From an uncultured Nitrospiraceae bacterium (GTDB taxonomy: Bacteria > Nitrospirota > Nitrospiria > Nitrospirales > Nitrospiraceae): a stretch of 64,000 bases of DNA. Below the pieces are notes generated by a model, which saw nothing but the letters and a program-made list of their open reading frames with translations, searched no databases and was not told where the DNA came from. The stretch is from positions 800,001-864,000 of the forward strand of contig CAWJWJ010000001.1 in the NCBI GenBank assembly GCA_963846575.1, in the 5' to 3' direction. Numbering within the stretch: the first letter of the stretch is position 1; each line of letters opens with the position of its first letter. A program made the translations under genes and the position numbers. Positions 37,986 to 48,141 of the stretch are shown here, one piece after another.

Positions 37986-40088
37986 TTATCTCCCGAACAG
38001 ATCCTTCAGCAGGTCCTTGCCTTGCTGTTTCAGGTCCTCCGGCTGTGCGGAACCTTTCAACAGGTTCCCGATGGCGCTTTTGGCTCTTTCCCTGGCCTTC
38101 TCCTGAATCTTGCCGGCGAACATTTTCGTGTCGAGCCCGTAGGAAGGGGTTTTCGTACTCCCGGTAATAAGCAACGGGAGCGATAGCCGCCCACCATTTA
38201 ATGCGACTCTGGCGATGGGCGATCCGGCTGCAATCTTCTGGCTGAGGGTTTGGGAGAGATGCGTATTGAGTTTCAGATTGAGCGATTGGTCGAGACCGAT
38301 CGTGCCGGCTCCGGTGGCCTGAAAATCGTGACTCTCTATGAGGAGCTGGTGAATGGCGATCAGCCCCTCCTTGATTGCAAATTCGGTTTCGATGGTAGAG
38401 AAGGCCGTGGCGTTGACCGTATCAAGTGACACGCCTGCGACTTTCAGTAACGCGGCTGCCTCCCGCAGTAGATTGATGCCGTCGACCCGTCCGTCTTTTG
38501 CCGCTGCGCGCCCGGATCCTGCCAGCGCCTTGACCAGATCGGGATGGGTAAATCCTCGCCCACTTAAGGCCAGCTCGGCTCCAGCTGTGCCGCTGATTGA
38601 AATGTGATCGGTACCGACAGCCTGGAGGGCTGGCCCGAGTTGAAGCCCTTGCAGGGAGACAGTTCCGCTGAAGGGCGGCGTTGCCGTGCCTAGACCGAGC
38701 GTTCCTTGCGTACGCAGCAACCCGCCGAAGAGCTGAAGTGAAAGGTTGTTGAGGCGAGCTTCTTGTCCTTTCATTTCTGCAGTGGCCTGCAGCTCCTTGA
38801 TCTCCACTGGTTTTTTTAAGGGCAGTGCCAGCGGGAGGTCGGCGGTATTCACGAGTTTCGACGTGGCAGTGACTTTGGCCAGTCCCCCTACGACAGATCC
38901 CTTCACATCGATGCGGGAACTCCCCAGGGCGACGATGAGTCCCAGGTCCTGGATGTCTGCCCATTCAAGGGGCGGGGCTGCTTCCTTGAATGGATATTTG
39001 CTGCGCGCGCTGACATGAAAGTTTTTTAGTTCAATCGGTTTGGTGAAAGGCACCGCGACGGGCAGATCTGTTGAGTTGATGCTGCCTGACGCCGCTGTGA
39101 AATTGGCTACGCCCTTTGCGGCCGTGCCTTTGATATTGATCGCAGATCCGCCCATCACCAAGGTCAGGCCTAGATCGGTTACATCGATCTGATTGGTGGC
39201 GGGAGCGTCAGGTGAAATCGGGTACGGGGCGTGGAGTGTGAGGTGGAGGTCCTTGACCTGGACCGAGTTCGTCAGTGGAAGCTTAACAGGCAATTCGGCG
39301 GTGTCGATCTGGAGCGCGGAGATGGTCGCATCCAGGTTCCCTCCCAGAGCTCGTCCTTTTAGGCTTAACGCAGTCCGGCCCAAGGCGAGGTTGAAGCTGA
39401 AGGTTTTGAGATCGAGCGTTTCTACCAGGGGACCAAACGTGCCGTCGACACGAATCGGGAGATTATAGGGCTGTACGGTCGCGCTCGCCTGTACGCGGGG
39501 ACTGTCACCGAGATGTACCGAGGTGAGTAGAAATTCAAGATCTTTGACGGTGTATTCCGTCGGCTTCGTGGTGGATTCATCGCGGTAGGTCAGTATGCCG
39601 CCGTCGATTGAGACTCGGTCCACGGCAAAGAGGGCCAGGGCTTGGAGAGGAGTTCCACCGGCCTTCTCCGGCACTTCAGGTTTCGGTGATGAAGCCTGTG
39701 GTTTGGCACCAATGGTGGATATATTCAACTGGCCCTGGGCGTTTTTTAGGATGGTAATGACCGGATCCCGCAGGGTGATTTCTTCTACATCGACCTTGCC
39801 ACCCAGCAACGGAAGCAGTTTTACTCCGACATCCAGCGACGAGAGGGAGGCGAAGGGGCCCGGGCGGAAGGACGGATCGTCCTGAACAATAAACCCCCCG
39901 ATCCGCGCGCCGATGCGTGGCCAAATGGTCAGGCGGATATCCTTGAGTTCAATTTTGCGGTTCAGCGCCTCTTCAATTAACGGCCGGTAGCGATCCTGGT
40001 ACCTGTTCAGGTCAACCAAAAAGGGCAGCGCCACAATCAGGATGATGAGCAGCAGTATGAGCACACCGATCCCGATCAGGATTTTCAC
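37986..40088 (-). CDS. AsmA-family protein
   Basis: N-terminal TM anchor, LPLL.GKVDVEEITLRDP.I.I.KN..G.LN Chorein_N-like start, beta-rich body, C-terminal P..ITGS...P. Confidence 0.85.
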   Translation of the reverse strand: MKILIGIGVLILLLIILIVALPFLVDLNRYQDRYRPLIEEALNRKIELKDIRLTIWPRIGARIGGFIVQDDPSFRPGPFASLSSLDVGVKLLPLLGGKVDVEEITLRDPVITILKNAQGQLNISTIGAKPQASSPKPEVPEKAGGTPLQALALFAVDRVSIDGGILTYRDESTTKPTEYTVKDLEFLLTSVHLGDSPRVQASATVQPYNLPIRVDGTFGPLVETLDLKTFSFNLALGRTALSLKGRALGGNLDATISALQIDTAELPVKLPLTNSVQVKDLHLTLHAPYPISPDAPATNQIDVTDLGLTLVMGGSAINIKGTAAKGVANFTAASGSINSTDLPVAVPFTKPIELKNFHVSARSKYPFKEAAPPLEWADIQDLGLIVALGSSRIDVKGSVVGGLAKVTATSKLVNTADLPLALPLKKPVEIKELQATAEMKGQEARLNNLSLQLFGGLLRTQGTLGLGTATPPFSGTVSLQGLQLGPALQAVGTDHISISGTAGAELALSGRGFTHPDLVKALAGSGRAAAKDGRVDGINLLREAAALLKVAGVSLDTVNATAFSTIETEFAIKEGLIAIHQLLIESHDFQATGAGTIGLDQSLNLKLNTHLSQTLSQKIAAGSPIARVALNGGRLSLPLLITGSTKTPSYGLDTKMFAGKIQEKARERAKSAIGNLLKGSAQPEDLKQQGKDLLKDLFGR

Positions 40089-40309
40089 CGAGCACCTCCG
40101 CTAGAATAGTTTCGCAGTATAGAAACGCCCGACAGGTGGGTCAATGGTTCCGTTGGAGGCCTGGGGCATCGAGTAATTAAGCTCAGAGCTTGAAGCCGGA
40201 ACGGCAAGTGCGTTACGCGCCATGGCCGGTTGCCTCTCAGGCCGTCGCCTTACCTTGCCGCTCGCATACCTGCGTGATAAGATGCCACCCCTTGGAGTCG
40301 TCCGATCGC

Positions 40310-40399
<90 letters not shown>

Positions 40400-40466
40400 T
40401 ACAGCGCTCGTTTGATACCGGCAGGGGCCTGGTTGACCATGAGCGCAGGAAGCCTGCAATATTATC

Positions 40467-40567
40467 GGGGCCGGGCCCTGTGCAATAGAACTCTGTGAAT
40501 CCCGCCAGGTCCGGAAGGAAGCAACGGTAAGCGGTCCGTTCTGTGTGCCGCAGGATCACCTGGCCCC
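40467..40567 (+). ncRNA. ffs: Signal recognition particle RNA (small type)
   Basis: Conserved CCAGGTCCGGAAGGAAGCAACGG domain IV; GGGGCC…GGCCCC terminal stem; located upstream of dnaX. Confidence 0.92.
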
Positions 40568-40665
40568 ACTTTTCTCGATGCCCGTTTCTACGTGACAGAA
40601 TGCACGTCACACGGGTTCATCACGGACGAGACATGCATCACCCACGGTAGAATCGACGCAGCGAC

Positions 40666-42537
40666 ATGGATTATCAAGTTTCAGCAAGAAAATATCGGCC
40701 TGGGACGTTTGACGACGTGATCGGGCAGCCGCACGTCGTCCAGACGTTAATGAACTCGATCGCGACCAAACGGATCGCGCATGCGTTTTTGTTCTCAGGC
40801 ACGCGCGGCGTCGGGAAAACGACGATTGCGAGGATCTTGGCGAAGGCCCTCAATTGTGAACAAGGGCCGACTGGCACTCCTTGTAACGCTTGTGCGAATT
40901 GTGCGGAAATCACACAGGGAACGTCGGTGGATGTAGTGGAGATCGACGGGGCGTCGAATACCAGCGTCGACGATGTGCGCGAGATTCGCGAGAACGTCAA
41001 GTTCACGCCGTTCCGCGGACAGTATCGGGTGTACATTATCGATGAAGTGCACATGCTCTCGAACTCCGCGTTCAACGCGCTGTTGAAAACGCTGGAAGAG
41101 CCGCCGGCCCATGTGGTGTTTATTTTCGCCACGACGGAAATCCATAAGATTCCTGCGACGATCCTATCGCGCTGCCAGCACTACAACTTTCGTCGTATCG
41201 CGAAAGGCGAGATTGTGCGGCGGCTTCGGCATGTCGCGGAGCAGGACGGGCTGGCCATTGAGGATCGTAGCCTTATGGCTCTGGCGCGGGCCAGCGAAGG
41301 CAGCATGCGTGATGGATTGAGTCTATTGGATCAGATTATTGCATTTGGCGGGAAGACGATATGCCATCAGGATCTCGAAGCTCTTCTGGGCGCGGTCCCT
41401 CAGGAACGGGTACGGGCCCTAGTCGAGGCCGTCATTGAGCAAGACAGTCCCAAAGCCCTACAGGTCATCGCCGGTTTAATGGACCAGGGACATGATGTGC
41501 GCGCCTATTGTGCCGATCTTGTGGAGTACGTGAGGAATATGTTGGTTGCTGCGGTAGTGCCTTCCGGGCCCGACCTGCGGGGCTTGATTGAGGCATCTGA
41601 AGAAGATGTGGTTCAACTGGGGCATGATGCGGAACGGTTCACCGTCGACCAATTACAAGAATTGTTTCGAATGTGTACTGCGGCTGAAGATAGTTTGCGG
41701 GTGAGTGCCCATCCACGATTTGTCTTGGAAACGATGGCGGTGCGTGCCACCCGGCTGTTACGGGTCTCCACCGGGCTGCCGGCTGCGACGGTTGCAATCA
41801 GTCAGCCGGACAAACCATCGCCAGACCATCGATTGAGTTCCCGAGAGTCTTCGCCCTCTCCGGATCGAGTCCCGACGTCTGGCGGGAACCGGGAAGACCG
41901 GACGACGGGGGGAGGACAACGTTCATCAACGGAGGTGTCTTCGTCCGGCAGAACCGCTCCGAAGCTATCACCAACTGTGCCGCACTCTTCAGTCGCCGCA
42001 TCTCCCGTCCCGAGACCCATGCCCGTGCCACCCCCAATGTCTAAACCGGCGCCTCCCGAGCCGACGCCTTCAGTACACGCCATCGCCGCCACTCCCCTCG
42101 TTTCACCGGCCGCAGTGGACGTGAGTTGGGAGCAGTTTCAAGAAGCGGTTACCCTCAATCATCCGAATATTGCCCCGTTCCTTGAAATGGGTCGATTGGT
42201 CGGGATCGAGGGACACCTGATCACATTGGGATTTGCCCGGCAGGCGACCGTGGCACGTGCGATGTTGGAGAAGGAGGATAATCTTCGAGCGTTGGCGGCA
42301 TTGGGACAGACACTCTACGGTTGTGCGTTGCGGGTTCGAATTATCGAAGTGGCGGAGCAGGACCCCCTGGCTACCCCCACGATGAAGCAGATGCGGATAG
42401 CGAAGGAGCAAGAACAGCGCCTCATTCTGACGCAACAGGCAAAGGCGCATCCCCTGGTCAAGCAAGCACTGGAGATGTTCGGTGGAGAACTCGCAGAGGT
42501 TCGCACGACCGTTCCGGTGCAGGAGGTGCAGGAATGA
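40666..42537 (+). CDS. dnaX: DNA polymerase III subunit gamma/tau
   Basis: ARKYRP, GTRGVGKTT, IDEVHML, SRC motif. Confidence 0.97.
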   Translation: MDYQVSARKYRPGTFDDVIGQPHVVQTLMNSIATKRIAHAFLFSGTRGVGKTTIARILAKALNCEQGPTGTPCNACANCAEITQGTSVDVVEIDGASNTSVDDVREIRENVKFTPFRGQYRVYIIDEVHMLSNSAFNALLKTLEEPPAHVVFIFATTEIHKIPATILSRCQHYNFRRIAKGEIVRRLRHVAEQDGLAIEDRSLMALARASEGSMRDGLSLLDQIIAFGGKTICHQDLEALLGAVPQERVRALVEAVIEQDSPKALQVIAGLMDQGHDVRAYCADLVEYVRNMLVAAVVPSGPDLRGLIEASEEDVVQLGHDAERFTVDQLQELFRMCTAAEDSLRVSAHPRFVLETMAVRATRLLRVSTGLPAATVAISQPDKPSPDHRLSSRESSPSPDRVPTSGGNREDRTTGGGQRSSTEVSSSGRTAPKLSPTVPHSSVAASPVPRPMPVPPPMSKPAPPEPTPSVHAIAATPLVSPAAVDVSWEQFQEAVTLNHPNIAPFLEMGRLVGIEGHLITLGFARQATVARAMLEKEDNLRALAALGQTLYGCALRVRIIEVAEQDPLATPTMKQMRIAKEQEQRLILTQQAKAHPLVKQALEMFGGELAEVRTTVPVQEVQE

Positions 42538-42857
42538 AGAGTCCTTTCGGGAACATGTCGAATATCTTGAAGCAAGCGCAAGCCATGCAGGAGCAAATGG
42601 CCAAAGTTCAGGAACAAGCGGCGGCCAAGACTGTCTCAGGGACTGCAGGTGGCGGGATAGTCACCGTAACCGTGAATGGGGCGATGGACTTGTTGAGCGT
42701 GAAGATTGATCCGGAAGTCGTGAAATCAGGCGATGTTGATATGCTGCAGGACCTGGTGGTGGCGGCGGGTAATGATGCGCTCAAGAAATCCCGGGAGATG
42801 ATGGCTGAAGAGATGAAAGCCGTGACGGGCGGGATGAAGATTCCCGGTCTTTTTTGA
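42534..42857 (+). CDS. ybaB: YbaB/EbfC nucleoid-associated protein
   Basis: KQAQAMQ, AGGGIV.VT.NG, MLQDLV; lies between dnaX and recR. Confidence 0.93.
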   Translation: MKSPFGNMSNILKQAQAMQEQMAKVQEQAAAKTVSGTAGGGIVTVTVNGAMDLLSVKIDPEVVKSGDVDMLQDLVVAAGNDALKKSREMMAEEMKAVTGGMKIPGLF

Positions 42858-42930
42858 GTTTCCCGGATGCCCTCTTCGGATGGACGGTAGCATGGCAGTC
42901 GGTACTCCGCATTCCAGGTGAATAGGTTTC

Positions 42931-43533
42931 ATGAGTATTGATCAACAGGGGCTTTTGGCGAAATTGGTGCGCGAGCTGGTCCGTCTACCTGGAATCGGCC
43001 AAAAAAGTGGGCAACGGTTGGCGTTTCATATCCTGAAGTCGGAGCGAGAGGATGCGCTTCGCCTGGCTGAAGCAATCCAGGCGGTGAAGGAGGGCCTATC
43101 CTTCTGTCGTCAATGCCGCAATATCGCCGAAGAAGAGCTGTGCGAATTCTGCCGGGATTCCAGGCGCGATCGATCCAAGATTCTCGTTATTGAAGAGCCG
43201 AGCACGCTCTACGCGATCGAGCGCGCCGGCGGGTATCGGGGTCTATATCACGTTCTGTTAGGGGTGTTGTCCCCGCTAGACGGTGTCGGGCCGTCCGATA
43301 TACGTGCGGATGAACTACTTGATCGGGTCAAGGCGGGCGGGGTGGAGGAAGTGATTGTCGCCACGAACCCCACAATCGAGGGCGAGGCGACGGCTATCTA
43401 TTTGACCCGCTTATTGAAGCCTCATCATGTGAGAGTCTCTCGCATTGCGTACGGAATTCCAGTGGGTATGGATATCGAGTACGCGGATGAGGTCACCCTG
43501 GTGAAGTCCATTGAAGGTCGGCGGGACCTTTGA
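42931..43533 (+). CDS. recR: Recombination mediator RecR
   Basis: LPGIGQKS HhH, C4 zinc finger, TOPRIM ATNPTIEGEATA, GIPVG. Confidence 0.97.
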   Translation: MSIDQQGLLAKLVRELVRLPGIGQKSGQRLAFHILKSEREDALRLAEAIQAVKEGLSFCRQCRNIAEEELCEFCRDSRRDRSKILVIEEPSTLYAIERAGGYRGLYHVLLGVLSPLDGVGPSDIRADELLDRVKAGGVEEVIVATNPTIEGEATAIYLTRLLKPHHVRVSRIAYGIPVGMDIEYADEVTLVKSIEGRRDL

Positions 43534-43631
43534 AATGGGCAGCCCCGATTGACCCTCTTCGTTTGAGCCTGTTATATTCGAATTCCTGCGCGGTCTGAGG
43601 CCATTACCGGCGTAATCAAATCGAGTATTCG

Positions 43632-44039
43632 ATGAAGGCTCCGGCAAAAAAAACCACTCCTGATCGACGGAAGCCCGCGAAGGCCAATGGAGTTAAGTAT
43701 CCGGACATTCTGCGTGACCTGGAAGGTCAGCGTGCCGCAATTCTGGCTGAAGCCGGAGTGGTGTTGACAAGTCCTACCGGTCTGGAGATTTTCCCGGACG
43801 TGAGCGACCAGGCTTCTGCTGAAGCCGACCAGCATTTTTCATTTCGGATACGAGAGCGGGAGCAAAAACTGCTCAAGAAAATTGACGAGGCGTTGAGTCG
43901 ATTTGCCGCCAAGACCTATGGAATTTGTGAGCGCTGCAAGGGAGACATCCCCTATAAGCGTCTGAAAGCCCGCCCAGTTACCACGTTGTGTATCGAGTGT
44001 AAGACGAGCCAGGAAGAAGAAGAAAGATCCCACCGCTAA
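43632..44039 (+). CDS. dksA: DksA/TraR C4 zinc-finger protein
   Basis: DVSDQA coiled-coil tip, YGICERC…RLKARP…LCIEC. Confidence 0.88.
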   Translation: MKAPAKKTTPDRRKPAKANGVKYPDILRDLEGQRAAILAEAGVVLTSPTGLEIFPDVSDQASAEADQHFSFRIREREQKLLKKIDEALSRFAAKTYGICERCKGDIPYKRLKARPVTTLCIECKTSQEEEERSHR

Positions 44040-44106
44040 GATTCCATCCGGTACGCTGAGTTCAGCCGACCCCCTGTCCTTTCGTGCAATCCTTGTGCAA
44101 CCTGCC

Positions 44107-45249
44107 CTAATGTTTGAGCGCCTTCACGCGTGTCTTGGCAAGTGCGGATCGGTCCGCTTCTTCAGGAATGCCTTCAACGAGGGCCAGATAGGTCTCATAT
44201 TCAGTAAGGGCTCGTTTAGGGTTGGTGTCCGCGATCGCTTCGGCCACGTTGAAGCGAGCAATCGCATAGTTGGGACGCAGCAACACCGCCTTCTCGAATG
44301 AAGCCAGGGCATTGGGCTTATCCCCTAATTTCCCATACACGGAGCCGAGGTTGTTATACACCTCCGGAGAATTTGGCCGTTTCGCCAAGGATGCCAGCAG
44401 TTCGCTCTTGGCCTTCTCCAGGTTACCTGTGGATTCCCACGAAACCCCCAGTCGGTGGTGAAGCTCTGCCTGCCAGACCTTGTTGGTAAATCCCGAGACG
44501 CTCGCCTTTTGGTATGCATCCAGCGCAACGACATGGTTTTTTTCTCCACAGTAGGCAAGCTGAGCCGCCTGGCCGCGCGCGAATTGCTGAAGGGATGCGA
44601 AGGGTTCTTTGTCTTCAGCACCCTGAGAATCTAACCGCTGGCCGTCTGATTGCTGCGCCGTATTGCGCAGACGGTCGAGAAATTCCTTCCGGTAAGGGGA
44701 GAAGAGTGCGACATACGGATCAATCGTAAAGGAGGCTTCAAGCAGGCGGGGCTCGGTTTTATCGGCCAGTACGAGATACCGTGTGGTGGTTTTTTCCTCG
44801 CCTGTATCGTAGAGCGTGCTGCCAGCCATATTCTGGCGATCGGCCAAATGTGCGACGGTGAGATAGAACTCTAGGGTCGGTTTGAGTTGACTCAGTGTGC
44901 GCCTCAGCGTCTTGTACGGTGCCAGATCGAGACCTGAACGAAAGACGAAGAGCGCACCCACCAACGTTCCATCCTCATCAAAAAAGTATGACTCCTCGCC
45001 CTTGGAGAGGCTTTGTTCGGGTGCGATGCGTAATTCTTCACCGGTGCCCCACGCCTGGACGCGGTGCGACAGGCCGGGATGTGCTTTCAGGAACGTCTTG
45101 CGTGAATCACAGAGTTTGGTCGTCTTGAGCAAGTCGAGATCGCTTTCTGACGGAGGAAGCGGTGCTCGAGGAGGTGGTGGAGTCTCACAACTCGTCAACA
45201 GGACAGACAGGGTGAACAGTAGTGATGCCAGATATGGTCGACAATGCAT
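44107..45249 (-). CDS. Tetratricopeptide-repeat lipoprotein
   Basis: Lipobox LTSC; C-terminal TPRs (YNNLGSVY…A..SFEKA). Confidence 0.8.
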   Translation of the reverse strand: MHCRPYLASLLFTLSVLLTSCETPPPPRAPLPPSESDLDLLKTTKLCDSRKTFLKAHPGLSHRVQAWGTGEELRIAPEQSLSKGEESYFFDEDGTLVGALFVFRSGLDLAPYKTLRRTLSQLKPTLEFYLTVAHLADRQNMAGSTLYDTGEEKTTTRYLVLADKTEPRLLEASFTIDPYVALFSPYRKEFLDRLRNTAQQSDGQRLDSQGAEDKEPFASLQQFARGQAAQLAYCGEKNHVVALDAYQKASVSGFTNKVWQAELHHRLGVSWESTGNLEKAKSELLASLAKRPNSPEVYNNLGSVYGKLGDKPNALASFEKAVLLRPNYAIARFNVAEAIADTNPKRALTEYETYLALVEGIPEEADRSALAKTRVKALKH

Positions 45250-45412
45250 GGTCAGGTTGCTAAGCCTCCGGTCGAGCTGTGGGCAGTATGGGATGGACGA
45301 GCATACCGTAATGAATGGGGTGGATGCGACTGGCAGTGGGTGGAGCGGAAAGCCGCCAGAATGCCTTGTTTCGCCGGCCAGAATCGACACGGCCGGCGAA
45401 ACTTGAAGCGGC

Positions 45413-45739
45413 TTATCGACGTTGTGAGTCGATCATCGAGTCTTCGGCGGTATAGCCGAACAGGTAGGGGGCCGTTCTCGCAATGGCATAGAGCGGACGG
45501 TTCACCGTATAGTCGACGAGGACACCGACCGGGTGGAGGATAAATCCAAGCCATCGAAACGGATTGTCATTGGACTGGGAGGCGGCCATCGGATCGGAAT
45601 AGACCAGCGAAGTGCTGTCCATCGCGCTGTAGATGCTGAGTGGCGCATTGTAGTTCTGATCCTGCGCGACCATCTGGTTGGTGGAGCAACCGGTCGTCAG
45701 AACGAGGCTCAATATGATGGTTGCCACAGTCCCGCGCAT
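45413..45739 (-). CDS. Small hypothetical lipoprotein
   Basis: GAGG RBS, signal peptide ending TTGC. Confidence 0.7.
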   Translation of the reverse strand: MRGTVATIILSLVLTTGCSTNQMVAQDQNYNAPLSIYSAMDSTSLVYSDPMAASQSNDNPFRWLGFILHPVGVLVDYTVNRPLYAIARTAPYLFGYTAEDSMIDSQRR

Positions 45740-45913
45740 ACAATCCTCTCTTTCTTCGGTAGGAACCTTCGAAATAATGGATCTGTTCCTTGTGAGAAAA
45801 GTCTAGCGCAGGGTCGTGATTCTGTCCAGTCTAGGAACTCACCGGTCGGCTTCAGACGGAAGCGAGATAAATTAGTCTGTTATGGACAATGACGCGAAGC
45901 CATCGACCGGCGG

Positions 45914-45962
45914 GATGGTGGGCGATACTGGTATCGAACCAGTGGCCTCTTCCGTGTGAAGG
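45914..45962. repeat. att site: copy of the tRNA-Val 3' part (matches 52242-52290)
   Basis: GATGGTGGGCGATACTGGTATCGAACCAGTGGCCTCTTCCGTGTGAAGG is identical at both positions. Confidence 0.96.
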
Positions 45963-46091
45963 TAAAAAGCTAGATTTTCGAATTGCTCGCTGTTGCAACG
46001 GTTTCCCCACAAAACCTTTCAATGTCATGTGGTTAAGAGCTTTCTATCGCGTCTACTGTGTACAGGAGATTTTAAGGTTTTGGCTTATTTC

Positions 46092-46113
46092 TGACACAAA
46101 AATGACCACAGTG
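46092..46113. repeat. 22-bp direct repeat (second copy 52179-52200), putative integrase arm-type sites
   Basis: TGACACAAAAATGACCACAGTG is present just inside each element end. Confidence 0.8.
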
Positions 46114-46278
46114 CCTCGGAAGACAGGATCGTTAATCAGCGGGGAGGGTCAAAAAATCGGGCAGTCCGAACACTCCAGCAATGAACGACGGTCGAGCGGC
46201 TCGCAAAATCGCTGACCGCTGACTACAGAGCCGTACCACCATGGTATACTGCCTGCGGATACACTGGATGTGCTGCCG

Positions 46279-46533
46279 ATGAAAGCCGTGAAGTACACCA
46301 AAGAAGGCGTAGTGATTCCCTCCTCCTGGATGAAGGGGTGGGGAAAAGCCGTCGTGGCACATCGCGACTCCGACGTCCTGATCTTGGAGTCCCCGGCCAG
46401 AGCGGCGAGTCGCAAGAAGTTGGCCCGTATGGTCAGCAAGCTACGCCGCGCCACCCGCGAACTGGGCGTCACCCCCGAACAGATTGCCGCTGAGGTTGCA
46501 GCGGTTCGGCGCGAGCGTGCGCGTCCTTCTTGA
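46279..46533 (+). CDS. Putative antitoxin (AbrB-like N-terminus)
   Basis: Small ORF with a GVVIP motif, overlapping the PIN gene start. Confidence 0.7.
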   Translation: MKAVKYTKEGVVIPSSWMKGWGKAVVAHRDSDVLILESPARAASRKKLARMVSKLRRATRELGVTPEQIAAEVAAVRRERARPS

Positions 46534-46936
46534 TACCAATATATTCGTGTCCGGCCTGTTGTCCGCCGCAGGGCCTCCTGCCCGGATCATTCAGGCTGTC
46601 TTACAGCGCCGCCTCATCCCCCTCATGAGCTCCGATACTTTCGCGGAACTGGAAGCCGTCCTGCGGCGGCCCAAACTCCAACGGGCGTTCACCCGCGCTG
46701 GGGTGAATATCACGAGCTTTCTAGCGACCATCCAAGCTGAAGTGCAGTTCGTCGATCCCCATCCCACGAATACTCCGTTGCGTGATGCGCATGATCGACC
46801 GTTCCTCGATCTCATGGCGACCTCACCTCCACCGCAATATTTCGTCACCGGAGATAAGGATTTCGAGGCCTCACACTACAGTGGCGTGCCGGTCATTTCA
46901 GCTGCCGAGTTTGCCCGCCTGCTCACACATCGCTAG
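46517..46936 (+). CDS. PIN-domain toxin (VapC-like)
   Basis: RVLLDTNIFVSGLL, EL..VL.RPK, RDAHD, FVTGDKDF. Confidence 0.9.
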   Translation: MRVLLDTNIFVSGLLSAAGPPARIIQAVLQRRLIPLMSSDTFAELEAVLRRPKLQRAFTRAGVNITSFLATIQAEVQFVDPHPTNTPLRDAHDRPFLDLMATSPPPQYFVTGDKDFEASHYSGVPVISAAEFARLLTHR

Positions 46937-47126
46937 TGGATTCTTGTCTTGCTCACAATGCGAAGCTACGCGCGCCGTTGCTTCGATCTCCGCTGGCAGC
47001 GAGGTATTCAGCGTCCATTCGGACTACCGTAATTGGGTGAACCGCCGTGAGAGCTCGAGAGAGCCTGTCTGGGGAAGCGTGCCTGCTAGCTGTAGAAGTG
47101 GACGCCTCATTCACCCACTTCTTCGC

Positions 47127-47537
47127 TCAAAGCTCGGAACGCTCACTCAGGAAAGGAGAGAATAATCTTGTTCTGGCACCAGCAGGCACCACAACAGCCA
47201 AGGTATACGCAGTGGCAGATGAGACCATGGCGGTCACCCCATTGAACTTCACGACATTGTTGGAGGGAACCGGATCAAATCCGTAGCCTTGCACGCGACA
47301 GAGTTCCGTGACTGGTCCACTGCCGGGATTCACGAGATAGATCCCGATGCCACTGCCATGCGGCGTGAAGCGATCGATCGAGAGAAGATTGCCGACTGGA
47401 TCGTAGTTGTAGACGGCGGTCGCGCCAGTACTGTCGCTCACACTTGTGAGGCGACCCTGGTCATCATAGAGATATTGGGCTTGATCGGCTTGGAGTGACG
47501 AAACGAGACAAAACAAAAAAATAACCGTCGGAATCAT
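47127..47537 (-). pseudogene. N-terminal fragment of an exported Rhs/YD-repeat protein (signal peptide, YD repeat, one IPT/TIG domain), 3'-truncated
   Basis: QYLYDDQGRL…YNYDPVGNL then P.SGPV…QGYGFDP…NVVKFNG…LAVVVPAGA, after which similarity stops abruptly. Confidence 0.75.
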
Positions 47538-47625
47538 TCGACCTTCGACGGCTAGCTGTTTTCCTGATAACACTTAGTTTCCTCGTTTTTCATGAGGATT
47601 TACATTGATGGTGACTTGCATCTAG

Positions 47626-48141
47626 TTATTTCTTAGACATGTTCGGCTCAACAAATTGAACGGCCAACATGTCTACAACTCCTGATAGATTTTCTATACT
47701 GTGCCCAATTTCAGCCCGTTGGTTAACCGAAAGTTGAAACAATTCGCTTGTCTTTTCTCGAAGCACCCTTCCATGAAAGTCGACAAAAAAGGTGTCGTCC
47801 GGGGATTTCAGTTTGAGTTTTATCGCTCCATCTTCCAGAGGGACAGATCCCCGAGTCGCCGTGAGCATTTTTTTTAACTTGCGAAGGAGAGGGTGTTCAC
47901 CAGACGGATTAAAAGAGGTAGGGGTTCCCGTAATAATCTGAATCTTAAACGAGCTTCTCTCCTCTATTTCTGTCATTCGAATCCCAACCAACATGGAGGC
48001 CTCAAACGGGTCATAGAAAACTTTCGCCACTGCTGGCGCATTTGGCCTATCATTCTTCGATTGTCCTGAAACGTTCCCGACGAAAAATACACAAAACAAA
48101 TAGAAGAGAAGACAACAAATCTTTACAGCGCTACTTCTCAC
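47626..48141 (-). CDS. Putative Rhs immunity protein (secreted)
   Basis: Start overlaps the toxin stop; AT-rich; signal-peptide-like N-terminus; no recognisable domain. Confidence 0.6.
   Translation of the reverse strand: MRSSAVKICCLLFYLFCVFFVGNVSGQSKNDRPNAPAVAKVFYDPFEASMLVGIRMTEIEERSSFKIQIITGTPTSFNPSGEHPLLRKLKKMLTATRGSVPLEDGAIKLKLKSPDDTFFVDFHGRVLREKTSELFQLSVNQRAEIGHSIENLSGVVDMLAVQFVEPNMSKK

Noticed and set aside
40666..42537. Programmed frameshift in dnaX
   Set aside because: No A-AAA-AAG or long poly-A slippery site seen
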